Virus record (IMG/VR): IMGVR_UViG_3300045410_000040
Span: 1 to 41,590 of that record
From: a virus
Taxonomy: Duplodnaviria > Caudoviricetes
DNA length: 41,590 bases
Direction: 5' to 3' (one strand)
Below the pieces are notes generated by a model. It was given only the letters and a program-made list of their open reading frames with translations, had not been told where the DNA came from and ran no database searches. The position numbers and the translations under genes are program-made. Below are positions 33,440 to 41,590 of the stretch, one piece after another. Position 1 is the first letter of the stretch; each line of letters opens with the position of its first letter.

Positions 33440-34122
33440 GCCCCCGCCTCTTGGACCTGTTCGCCGGAGCCGGCGGCTGTTCAGTCGGATACGCCCGCGC
33501 CGGGTTCGACGTCGTAGGCGTGGACATCAGCCCGCAACCGCGGTATCCGTTCGAGTTCATCCAGGCCGACGCGCTGGACGTGCTTGCCGACGCGGAGTTC
33601 CTCGATGGGTTCGACGTGATCCACGCCAGCCCGCCGTGCCAGGCGTACAGCGTCATGAGCAGTTGCAGGCCGGGCCTCGCCTCCGACTACCCCGAGCTGG
33701 TTGACGGTGTCCGTGACCTGCTGGACATCAGTGGGAGGCCGTACGTCATCGAGAACGTCCCCGGTGCCGGACTGGCCACCTCGTCGGACTTGTTCGGGCG
33801 TCACGGCGTGCTGCTGTGCGGTCGCATGTTCGGGCTCAAGCTGTACCGCCACCGCGCTTTCGAGACCTCATTCCCGAGCACGGCCCCGGTTCATCCCGTG
33901 CACGACGTCCCAGCTAGTAAGGCCGGCCATTGGCGACCGGGGACCGTGATCAGCGTCTCGGGGAACTGCTCGCCCATCGCGCTAGCACGAGAAGCGATGG
34001 GCATCGACTGGATGACCCGCGACGAGCTAGCGGAGTCCATCCCGCCCACTTACACCGAGTTCATTGGCGCCCAGTTGATCGACCATCTGGCCCACGAGCG
34101 GCAGGCCGCGATGAGCCCCTGA
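33436..34122 (+). CDS. Short C5-cytosine DNA methyltransferase (orphan)
   Basis: LLDLFAGAGG, HASPPCQ, IENV, RHR motifs. Confidence 0.9.
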   Translation: MSPRLLDLFAGAGGCSVGYARAGFDVVGVDISPQPRYPFEFIQADALDVLADAEFLDGFDVIHASPPCQAYSVMSSCRPGLASDYPELVDGVRDLLDISGRPYVIENVPGAGLATSSDLFGRHGVLLCGRMFGLKLYRHRAFETSFPSTAPVHPVHDVPASKAGHWRPGTVISVSGNCSPIALAREAMGIDWMTRDELAESIPPTYTEFIGAQLIDHLAHERQAAMSP

Positions 34123-34295
34123 ACCGGGGGCGGTCCCGCTGCGTCGAACTCCCGGCGGGCTCGCCCTCAACCACGTCCGACCCGGACCCGAGCCGCACCC
34201 CCCGCGGCGCTGTCACTGCCCCCGGTGGCAGCTCCGGGGCGGACACCCAGACAAAGAGATAGCCCCCGCCGCGTGTCAATCGGCGGGGACCAGAC
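34123..34295 (+). ncRNA. Candidate structured RNA with C-rich loops (6C-like)
   Basis: Three-way junction at 34175-34244 plus flanking hairpins; folded by eye only. Confidence 0.4.
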
Positions 34296-34312
34296 AAGAA
34301 GGAGCGTATCGC

Positions 34313-34474
34313 ATGCTCGACATCTACATCGACTGGCTGGACGACCAGGGCAACAAGGTCGACCGCACCAAGTTCGAGTACGACCAGGACAACGGCCCCG
34401 ACATCACGGGCCGCGTGTTCGACACCCAGTTCCGGCTGCACGTCGACCCGAAGGCGGCAGGTGATACGCGATGA
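34313..34474 (+). CDS. Small acidic protein, 53 aa (MLDIYIDWLDD...)
   Basis: AAGGAG SD, high GC3, ATGA coupling. Confidence 0.75.
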   Translation: MLDIYIDWLDDQGNKVDRTKFEYDQDNGPDITGRVFDTQFRLHVDPKAAGDTR

Positions 34475-34845
34475 CCACCACCTACAGCCGCGAAGCGTAC
34501 GACCGTGACGTCACCGACGCACGCGACTCGTTCCGCATCGTCGCCCACCTAGGCCAGGGCGAGGAAGTCCAGTACATCGAAGCCGAGGCCGACACCGGAA
34601 CTCGGTACGCGCTGGCAGTGGCGCTGCTTCCTGACGGGGCGCAGCGTTTCGCGGGGGCACCGTTCCTGGTGTCCGTGACGTCACCCTGGCAGATCAACTA
34701 CCCGCTACAGGCGCTCGGTGATCTGCACATCGGGTACGTGGCCGAGAAGTTTGTGCCGCGCGGCGTCATGGGCAATGGCGGTGACGTCGCAGCGCTGACC
34801 TTGGCGATTGCGCATGCACTGGGCCGTGAGGCGGTGCTGTCATGA
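34471..34845 (+). CDS. Hypothetical protein
   Basis: Coupled ORF. Confidence 0.75.
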   Translation: MTTTYSREAYDRDVTDARDSFRIVAHLGQGEEVQYIEAEADTGTRYALAVALLPDGAQRFAGAPFLVSVTSPWQINYPLQALGDLHIGYVAEKFVPRGVMGNGGDVAALTLAIAHALGREAVLS

Positions 34846-34997
34846 CTGACACGGTGTCCGACCTGATGTACGCCGCGGCGGTCACCCAGGCCGAGCGGAT
34901 AGCGGTCCAGGCCATGAACCGCTCGGCAGCCTATGCGCGGCATGTGAACGATGCGCTGCGCGTGATCGAGCCCGACGCGGAGGTCGGCGATGAGTGA
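34842..34997 (+). CDS. Small hypothetical protein, 51 aa
   Basis: ATGA coupling; fills gap. Confidence 0.6.
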   Translation: MTDTVSDLMYAAAVTQAERIAVQAMNRSAAYARHVNDALRVIEPDAEVGDE

Positions 34998-35232
34998 GCG
35001 TGCTGTGAAGATCCGCGCACATGTTTGGTACGAGCACGATGACCTCGGGCCGGGCGTGTATCACCAGTGGGTTCTCTCCGACGAGAGGGTGAAAGCCGAC
35101 AGTCTAGGTCGCCAGAATGCCAACATGTACGAGGCCAACTGGATCAAAGCTCGCTGCGGGAACCCTGACTGCGTGGCGACGGCGATCATCAACGTCGCCG
35201 ACGTCCTAGACCTCGCGCTAGGCGGTGCGTGA
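34990..35232 (+). CDS. Hypothetical protein
   Basis: GGAGG SD; CGNPDC. Confidence 0.7.
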   Translation: MSERAVKIRAHVWYEHDDLGPGVYHQWVLSDERVKADSLGRQNANMYEANWIKARCGNPDCVATAIINVADVLDLALGGA

Positions 35233-35465
35233 TGGCTAGCCGAACCGCCGAGATCACCGTGAAGGTCGCGGACCTGCCCGAGGTCAAGCAGCACATCGCT
35301 GAGCTGACGGCCGAACGAGACCGCCTGCAAGCCGCCGTAGACGCCGCTCTCGAGGCGTGGGCCGATCACAGCGACGCGAGCCCGGATGACTTCCACTGTC
35401 TGTGCACCGCCTGCGAGATGCGACGCGCGCTCATCGGGGAGGAGGCCGAGAGCGATGCCTCCTGA
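35232..35465 (+). CDS. Hypothetical coiled-coil protein
   Basis: TGATG coupling; CxCxxC. Confidence 0.7.
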   Translation: MASRTAEITVKVADLPEVKQHIAELTAERDRLQAAVDAALEAWADHSDASPDDFHCLCTACEMRRALIGEEAESDAS

Positions 35466-35754
35466 GCCTGACGATGTGGCCCGCTGGGGCGACGAGTACC
35501 ACACGGCCGCCGCAACCAGCCATGCAATCGAGGTCGTGGCCCGCCACCTGCTCGCCTCCGGCCGCTACGACACCGACGATCCCGGATCGTGCTGGGAGGA
35601 CTACCCGGACATCGGCGAGAACGACTGGACCGCTGTGGAGCGGTGCGCAGACCGGCTGTATGAGCAGTGGCTGAAGGACATCAAACCAGCGGACGACATC
35701 TACCAGACCGCCTACACGCACCTATCCGAGCGAGCGGAGAGGAACACCGCATGA
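35455..35754 (+). CDS. Hypothetical protein
   Basis: GGAGG SD; WEDYPDIGENDW. Confidence 0.7.
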   Translation: MPPEPDDVARWGDEYHTAAATSHAIEVVARHLLASGRYDTDDPGSCWEDYPDIGENDWTAVERCADRLYEQWLKDIKPADDIYQTAYTHLSERAERNTA

Positions 35755-36611
35755 CCGTCACCGAGATTCTTCGCACTGATACGAATGAAATGCTCGACGT
35801 CCGGCAGGTCCGCGACGAGGTGGACCGGCTCGACGGCGCGGCCAGCGACCCGCAGTGGCTCCAGGCCGACCTGGACCGCCGCAAGATCGAGCTCCTGGAG
35901 CGGCACAACGAGCACCTCGCCGCCGAACTCGCCGAGATGCGGCGACTACATCCGGACCCGCTCGGCGAACGTCCCGGCTGGCTGCCCACCGTGGCGCAGC
36001 GCCCGGCCACACACTGGTCGCAGGTGCGCTCCGCCGCCGACCTCACCGAGCAGCAGCGCCACACCGCCATGATCCCCCCCACGGTAGCTGAGCTGCGCGA
36101 CGGCGACGAGCACTATGCCGGCGCACCCATCGCGGCCGAGATCATGGCGGGCGTGGACTGCACGTCCGGGTGGCCGGTGTGGCTGGACGAGGTACACCGT
36201 GCCGACGCCGAGTGGGCAGACGCCCTAGCCGGCCTGCGGGCTTGGCCGGACACCCACCATGCCGACGTGAGCGTGTGGGATGACGAGCTGGCAGCGCTAT
36301 GCGAGCCGGTCGTCACCGACTGGTGGGAGCGGGACAACCGGTTGATGGTCGGGCTGATGACCCGCGATCCCGCCGAGCAGCATCCGGCCGCCGAGCTGGC
36401 ACCGGAACGGCTGGACGCCGAGGCTGAGCAGCGGCAGCACAAGCCGCCACGTACGTCCGGTGTGCTCGCCGCAGCCGCGGCCGGGGTACGGCACGACCAG
36501 CCGAACAGGCCACACCGCTCCTGGTGGCGCCGGCACACGCTCGACCTGACCATGACGGCCGGACTGGCCGTGGTCGCGGCCGTGGTTGCCGTGATGGCGG
36601 GGGTGCTGTGA
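35751..36611 (+). CDS. Hypothetical protein with C-terminal TM
   Basis: GAGGA SD, ATGA coupling. Confidence 0.7.
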   Translation: MTVTEILRTDTNEMLDVRQVRDEVDRLDGAASDPQWLQADLDRRKIELLERHNEHLAAELAEMRRLHPDPLGERPGWLPTVAQRPATHWSQVRSAADLTEQQRHTAMIPPTVAELRDGDEHYAGAPIAAEIMAGVDCTSGWPVWLDEVHRADAEWADALAGLRAWPDTHHADVSVWDDELAALCEPVVTDWWERDNRLMVGLMTRDPAEQHPAAELAPERLDAEAEQRQHKPPRTSGVLAAAAAGVRHDQPNRPHRSWWRRHTLDLTMTAGLAVVAAVVAVMAGVL

Positions 36612-37390
36612 TGACCGAGCTAAGGCAGGAGATCGCCGCGAAGATCAAGGACGCCTACTACTCCGCTCGCGACAACGGCGGCACCATGCACACGGCCGCC
36701 GACGATGCCGTCGACGCGGTGCTGCGGGTGCTCGCCGAGCACAGCGACACCGAACAGGTGCGGTGCTCCACCTGTGCTGACCGTGGCTGGTACTTCGCCA
36801 ACGGCGAGGAATACGACTGCGGCCGTTGCCCCGCCGGCGAGGCTTACGCCGCCCCCCCGGACGAGCACAGCGACACCGAGCAGGTGCGGGAGCGGCTTCG
36901 ACGTGCGCTGATGTCGAGGTTCGGTGTCTTCCTCGACGATCCCACGGAAGGGTCGCCGCTCTGGGAACTCGCCGTCGACGAACTCATGGCTGTCGTCGCC
37001 CCGATCCTGGCCGCACTTGACGGCAGCAAAGCTGCACATAGCGCCGACTACGCGCACTTTGACGAGCAGATCGGCCAACTCCAAGCCGAGCGTGACTTTG
37101 CACGCGCCCAGCACGCAGACGAGAAGGCAATCGCCAATGCGGCACTCGCCGCCGCCGCACAGGAGCAGAAGCGCGCAGAGAAGGCCGAGGCAGAAGCTCA
37201 GGAGATCCTCACCGAGGCGAAGCGCCTGGCCAACTCCGAGGCCGCCGCGCGGCGGCAACTCGACCAGATGCGAGGCGAGGTCCGGCGCATGCACATCGAC
37301 GGCGGGGGCGATCCTGCCATCAAGCCGTGGGTCGGCAGCCTGCTCGCCATCCTCGTCGCCGCACCCCCGGACCAGGCGGGCGGTGCGTGA
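36611..37390 (+). CDS. Mosaic hypothetical protein (repeat-flanked Zn module plus coiled coil)
   Basis: EHSDTEQVR occurs twice, flanking CSTC..CGRC. Confidence 0.75.
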   Translation: MTELRQEIAAKIKDAYYSARDNGGTMHTAADDAVDAVLRVLAEHSDTEQVRCSTCADRGWYFANGEEYDCGRCPAGEAYAAPPDEHSDTEQVRERLRRALMSRFGVFLDDPTEGSPLWELAVDELMAVVAPILAALDGSKAAHSADYAHFDEQIGQLQAERDFARAQHADEKAIANAALAAAAQEQKRAEKAEAEAQEILTEAKRLANSEAAARRQLDQMRGEVRRMHIDGGGDPAIKPWVGSLLAILVAAPPDQAGGA

Positions 37391-37632
37391 TGCCCCAGGA
37401 CCCACCCAGCTACGGCGACGTTGCCGACGCGCTAACCGACCTACCGGCAGCCGTGCGCATCACTCGCCGCGTCCGACGACTCAGCCTCCGCGAGGTCGCG
37501 CGACAAGCGGATGTGACCTTCTCAGTTGTCCATCGGATCGAGGCCGGCAAAGGCTGCCATACCGGCACCGCGATACGGCTGCTGCGCTGGCTCGACGCCG
37601 CAGCCCCGGACCAGGCAGGCGGTACGACATGA
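37390..37632 (+). CDS. XRE-family HTH protein
   Basis: RRLSLREVARQADVTFSVVHRIEAG. Confidence 0.85.
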   Translation: MPQDPPSYGDVADALTDLPAAVRITRRVRRLSLREVARQADVTFSVVHRIEAGKGCHTGTAIRLLRWLDAAAPDQAGGTT

Positions 37633-37970
37633 GCGCCAACGCCACCATGCGCCGACGCGGCCCACTCGACATCGCCGCCGACATGCCCGCACTCGCCGAG
37701 GCCGCCTGCGCCGCACTACCCGGCCACTGGTTCTTCAGCGACGAGGTGCACAACCCCGAAGGACTGTCGCACTACCGCGAAACCAAACCAGTCAAGAAGG
37801 CACGCCTGAAGGACCTGCAGGCCGCTCTCGACACCTGCACCGACTGCCCCGCGCTGCAACTGTGCCGCGACTACACCGACACGCATCCGGCGCAGACCGA
37901 GTATGGCGTGTGGGCCGGCACCACTGCACGTGAGCGGCGGGCGCAGCGACGGCGACGGAGGGCGGCATGA
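37629..37970 (+). CDS. whiB: WhiB-family transcription factor
   Basis: AAC..WFF...CTDCP...C...GVWAGTTARER, basic tail. Confidence 0.88.
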   Translation: MSANATMRRRGPLDIAADMPALAEAACAALPGHWFFSDEVHNPEGLSHYRETKPVKKARLKDLQAALDTCTDCPALQLCRDYTDTHPAQTEYGVWAGTTARERRAQRRRRRAA

Positions 37971-38458
37971 ACGTCCTCGCGATAGACCCCGGCAGCACGC
38001 ACTCGGCCTACGCCCTGATCGGCGCCAACGGCCGACCCATCCACTTCGACAAGCTGCCCAACGAGGACCTGCGGACCGGGCTACGGATGAACGCACTGGG
38101 CGCCGCCGCAGAGCACGTCGCCATAGAAATGATCGCCAGTTACGGCATGGCAGTCGGAGCCGACGTATTCGAAACTTGCGTGTGGATCGGACGGTTCGCC
38201 GAAACCATCGCACAGCGCACCGGACGCGAACCGCAGCTGATCAAACGACACCCGGTCAAGCTGCATCACTGCCACAACTCGCGGGCCAAAGACAGCAACA
38301 TCCGACAAGCGTTGGTCGACCGGTTCGCACCCGGACAGCCCAACCACGGCAAGGGCACCAAAGCTAAGCCCGGATGGTTCCACGGCTTCCACTCGGACAT
38401 CTGGGCTGCGTACGCCGTGGCCGTATATGTCGCCGATACCGAGGAGGTGGCGGGGTGA
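37967..38458 (+). CDS. RuvC-like Holliday junction resolvase
   Basis: VLAIDPG, VAIE, DIWAAYAVA. Confidence 0.8.
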   Translation: MNVLAIDPGSTHSAYALIGANGRPIHFDKLPNEDLRTGLRMNALGAAAEHVAIEMIASYGMAVGADVFETCVWIGRFAETIAQRTGREPQLIKRHPVKLHHCHNSRAKDSNIRQALVDRFAPGQPNHGKGTKAKPGWFHGFHSDIWAAYAVAVYVADTEEVAG

Positions 38459-39264
38459 AGATCACTGAACCTGGCGTGTATCGCGGCATCCCCGACGGCG
38501 AGTACCGGACACTGCCTGGCCTGTCGTCGACCGGGGTGAAGCGGATGCTCGACTCGCCTGCTGTCTACGACTGGTACCGCCGCAACCCGCAGCCACCCAA
38601 GACCGAGTTCGACTTGGGTCACGCGGTGCACAACAGGGTGCTCGGCGTCGGCACTGGTGAGGTCATCGTCGAGGGTCACTGGAACACGAAGGTCGCCAAG
38701 GAAGCGGTGGCCGAGGCTCGCAAGGCAGGTAGCACGCCGCTCAAACCGGAGCAGGCCGCACATGCTGACGAGCTGGCTGACGCGGTGCTAGCGCATCCGG
38801 ACGCCTCACTGCTGCTGACCGGCGGCCTGCCTGAGGTGTCGCTGCTGTGGGATGACCCCGATACCGGTGTTCGCTGCAAAGGGCGGCTCGACTACTGGCA
38901 CGAGTCCGCGGCCGTTGTGGTGGATCTCAAGACCGGCCGCGACGCGCAGCCACGGTGGTTCGGCCGCCACGCGGCGGACTACGGCTACCCCGAACAGGCC
39001 GAGCACTACAGCAACGGCGTCGAAGTCCTCACCGGGGTTCGGCCCCGGTTCCTGCACGTCTGCGTCCAGACCGACGGCCCCCCGCTGGTGTCGGTCTGCG
39101 ACCTCGCCGATTTCGCCGACATTGCCGCGGTCAACGTCGCGGCCGCGGTCGAGATGTACCGCGACTGCACCGAGGCCGGCATCTGGCCAGGAATCCCGCA
39201 CGGAATCCACAAGATCCAAGCCCCGCGCTGGTACAGCGCACACGACACATTGGAGTACGCATGA
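38455..39264 (+). CDS. RecE / exonuclease VIII-like PD-(D/E)XK nuclease
   Basis: LSSTG, LGHAVH, EVSL.W, CKGRLD, VDLKT, YPEQAEHY. Confidence 0.9.
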   Translation: MKITEPGVYRGIPDGEYRTLPGLSSTGVKRMLDSPAVYDWYRRNPQPPKTEFDLGHAVHNRVLGVGTGEVIVEGHWNTKVAKEAVAEARKAGSTPLKPEQAAHADELADAVLAHPDASLLLTGGLPEVSLLWDDPDTGVRCKGRLDYWHESAAVVVDLKTGRDAQPRWFGRHAADYGYPEQAEHYSNGVEVLTGVRPRFLHVCVQTDGPPLVSVCDLADFADIAAVNVAAAVEMYRDCTEAGIWPGIPHGIHKIQAPRWYSAHDTLEYA

Positions 39265-40124
39265 GCACCGACCTGGTCCCCACCAACGGCACCACCGAGA
39301 TGGCGCGAACCGACGACTTCGCCCAGCAAATCGAGTTCGCGCGCATGGTCGCGGGCTCCAGCTTGGTCCCCAAGGCGTACCGCGACGACCCTGGCGCCGT
39401 ACTGATCGCGGTCGGACTTGGCGCAGCAATGGGGCTGTCCAAATCCGAGTCGCTGTACCGCATCCACGTGATCGAGGGAAAGCCGTCCGCATCCGGCGAA
39501 CTGATCGCCGCGAACGTGCGCCGGGCCGGGCACAGGCTGCGCATCCTGCACTCGGACACCGAACGCTGCACAGTCGAGATCACCCGCGCCGACGACCCCG
39601 AGCCCCACGCCGAAACGTGGACGATCGCCGAGGCCCAGGCCGCGGGACTCACCCGAAAGGACAACTGGAAGAACTACCCGTCCGACATGCTGTTCAACCG
39701 AGCGGTGTCGCGTTGCGCTCGGCGGGTGTGCTCCGAGGCGCTGTACGGGGTCATCTACACCGAGGAGGAGGCGCGAGAGGTCACCGTCACCCAGGATGGT
39801 CCCGGCGTGCGCGAGTCCGCCGCAGACGCGCTCGCGCCGCAGCAGCAGCAGACGCAGGCTGAGCCGCAGCACCCGGACGGTGTGACCAGCGGCCAGCTGA
39901 AGAAGCTCGGCGCGCTCATGCGTGAGGCCGACATCACCGAGCGGGACCAGGCGCTGCGGTACGTCGCCGACATCATCGGACGCGAGATCGGCAGCCGGAA
40001 CGAGCTGACCAAGGCTGAGGCATCGCAGGTCATCGACGTGCTCGAGGCCGAGGCGAGAGCCGACCCTGCGACCGGCGAGATCCCCGACGGCGAAAATCCC
40101 GGCTTCAGCGGTGACACGCCATGA
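39261..40124 (+). CDS. RecT-like ssDNA annealing protein
   Basis: LVPKAYR, IHVIEGKP, NWKNYP.DML.RA; paired with RecE-like gene. Confidence 0.85.
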   Translation: MSTDLVPTNGTTEMARTDDFAQQIEFARMVAGSSLVPKAYRDDPGAVLIAVGLGAAMGLSKSESLYRIHVIEGKPSASGELIAANVRRAGHRLRILHSDTERCTVEITRADDPEPHAETWTIAEAQAAGLTRKDNWKNYPSDMLFNRAVSRCARRVCSEALYGVIYTEEEAREVTVTQDGPGVRESAADALAPQQQQTQAEPQHPDGVTSGQLKKLGALMREADITERDQALRYVADIIGREIGSRNELTKAEASQVIDVLEAEARADPATGEIPDGENPGFSGDTP

Positions 40125-40323
40125 TCCCCGACGGCCCCACGGTCTGCGAAATCTGCGACGGGTACATCTCGGACCCTGCCGATACCCGTACCACCGGGCC
40201 GCCATCCGGGCCGCGCTGGGACGGGTCAAGCACGCCGGGCCGCTGCGGATCTACCGCTGCCCCGGCATGAAGGCTTGGCACTTGTCCTCGCGCGTGAGCC
40301 CGGTGTTGAGGAGGTCAACATGA
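40111..40323 (+). CDS. Small basic protein (LRIYRCP..WHLSS)
   Basis: Phage-type motif; ATGA coupling to next gene. Confidence 0.6.
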   Translation: MTRHDPRRPHGLRNLRRVHLGPCRYPYHRAAIRAALGRVKHAGPLRIYRCPGMKAWHLSSRVSPVLRRST

Positions 40324-40583
40324 GCGCCATGACCCGCGCCGAGCGTGTGGCCGAGCTGATCGCTGAACGGTTCGGGCTGCACGACCCGCCTATGCGCTAC
40401 GGGCTACGCGAGACTGCATACGCCCACGACGAGGTGTTCGACGACTGCGACCTGATTACACGGAGGCGACTTCAGACACTTCGGACTGAAGTCGTGCGCT
40501 GGCAGGCGTGCGCCGGCGCTAGGGACCCTACCACCGAGCACCGACAGAACGACCCCGAACCAGATCCAGACGAAGTGGAGTGA
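40320..40583 (+). CDS. Hypothetical protein
   Basis: GAGGAGG SD. Confidence 0.65.
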   Translation: MSAMTRAERVAELIAERFGLHDPPMRYGLRETAYAHDEVFDDCDLITRRRLQTLRTEVVRWQACAGARDPTTEHRQNDPEPDPDEVE

Positions 40584-40586
40584 GCT

Positions 40587-40985
40587 GTGCAATGGGTCCG
40601 CATCGACGACCACATGCCCATCCACCGCAAAGTGGCCCGCCTCTCAGACACCGCCTTCCGGCTTCACGTGTCGGCCATCTGCTGGAGCAACCGCAACCGA
40701 ACCGATGGTGCGGTCCCTCTGGTAGATCTGCCGATGGTGCTACCCGGCTCGCGCTCTCTCGTGAGGTCAGCCAGGGAGCTTGTGGAAGCCGGCCTGTGGC
40801 GCGATGCGAACCCCGACGGATGGATCATCCACGACTACCTCGACTACCAGCCATCAAAGACGACGATCGAAGCGATGCGCGACGTCAAGAAGACTGGCGG
40901 CACGCTAGGCGCTCATCGGCGATGGCACGAAGGCCGCGGAATCGTGGTCACAGACTGCGGACACTGCAAACCCGCAGGTCAATAG
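40587..40985 (+). CDS. Replication-initiator-like protein (N-terminal wHTH type)
   Basis: WVRIDD..HRKV..LSD.A.RL...TDG...LVEAGLW...W.IHDYLDYQ. Confidence 0.7.
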   Translation: MQWVRIDDHMPIHRKVARLSDTAFRLHVSAICWSNRNRTDGAVPLVDLPMVLPGSRSLVRSARELVEAGLWRDANPDGWIIHDYLDYQPSKTTIEAMRDVKKTGGTLGAHRRWHEGRGIVVTDCGHCKPAGQ

Positions 40986-41100
40986 CTGTAGCCATGGGTT
41001 GACCTAATGGGGTGCTAATGGCCACACCACACCACCTATACCTACTCACCCTTATCTCAAACAGTGGAGCTTGAGTAGCGCGCAAGAAAGGACGCCACGA

Positions 41101-41532
41101 ATGACCTTGACCCGACCCCAAGCTGAACACCTCGCCGCGTTCCTCCACGCCATCCGACCCGACTGGTACGGCACCGAAACCGTCACCGCACTCGGCGAAG
41201 CAGCCAGACGCACCGACCAGCCCGACGCCTACCAGATCGGCATCGCAGCCATCCGCTGCGCAGCCAACCACGCCAACGGCACACCCGCACACATCCCACG
41301 CCACGGCCACCACTGGGCGCCATGGCCCGACGAACCGACACCCACACCAACCCCGCCAAAGATCGTCACCTGCGAACACTGTGGCGGGTACATCACCGAC
41401 ACCACACGAGACCTGCACATAGACCGCGCATGCATGACCGAACACCAAACCGCGGTCTACCAACGCGGACGAGCGGCCGTTGACGCCGAGCTGGCCGCGG
41501 CACGGCAACACAACCGGCAGGAGACGATATGA
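41101..41532 (+). CDS. Hypothetical protein; 3' part duplicated at 1-168
   Basis: AAGGA SD; IRPDW, TPAHI..G.HW, CEHC. Confidence 0.75.
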   Translation: MTLTRPQAEHLAAFLHAIRPDWYGTETVTALGEAARRTDQPDAYQIGIAAIRCAANHANGTPAHIPRHGHHWAPWPDEPTPTPTPPKIVTCEHCGGYITDTTRDLHIDRACMTEHQTAVYQRGRAAVDAELAAARQHNRQETI

Positions 41533-41590
41533 GCGAGCGATGCGAGGTCATCACGACCGAAGGCGGCTGCGGGCAAGAAGCCACCCTGCG
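41365..41590. repeat. Terminal direct repeat, right copy
   Basis: 225 of 226 nt identical to 1-226. Confidence 0.97.

Noticed and set aside
32581-34122. Restriction-modification system
   Set aside because: No cognate restriction endonuclease recognised; orphan phage methyltransferases are common.
40121-40270. Alternative 49-aa ORF (MIPDGPTVCEICDG...)
   Set aside because: The overlapping 40111-40323 frame has a more recognisable motif and couples to the next gene; not fully excluded.

Overview
This window is an apparently complete, circular temperate siphovirus genome with a high-GC actinobacterial host. The unique length is about 41,364 bp, because 1-226 is repeated at 41365-41590 with one mismatch. 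Gene order: two HNH genes, an RmlB-like NDP-sugar dehydratase, terminase, portal, protease and HK97-fold capsid. Next come an 861-aa five-domain enzyme (GT-A, GT2, NDK-like, nucleotidyltransferase, CTP-dependent riboflavin-kinase-like), head-tail and tail genes, an amidase/holin lysis cassette and a second small structural module. A leftward accessory operon follows, then an intact attP (3' end of a tRNA-Leu), tyrosine integrase, repressor/Cro/Xis, and an early region (Endo VII, MT-A70 and C5 methyltransferases, WhiB, RuvC-like, RecE/RecT-like). The most striking feature is a candidate self-contained donor-synthesis and virion-glycosylation system inside the head operon. Other oddities are an ATC-initiated tail gene, a non-canonical -1 chaperone frameshift, an MT-A70 gene broken twice at the same octamer, a 6C-like C-loop RNA candidate, a Tat-like leader on a knob protein, and repeat-bounded gene/domain cassettes. 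All assignments come from motif recognition and synteny; no searches were run.
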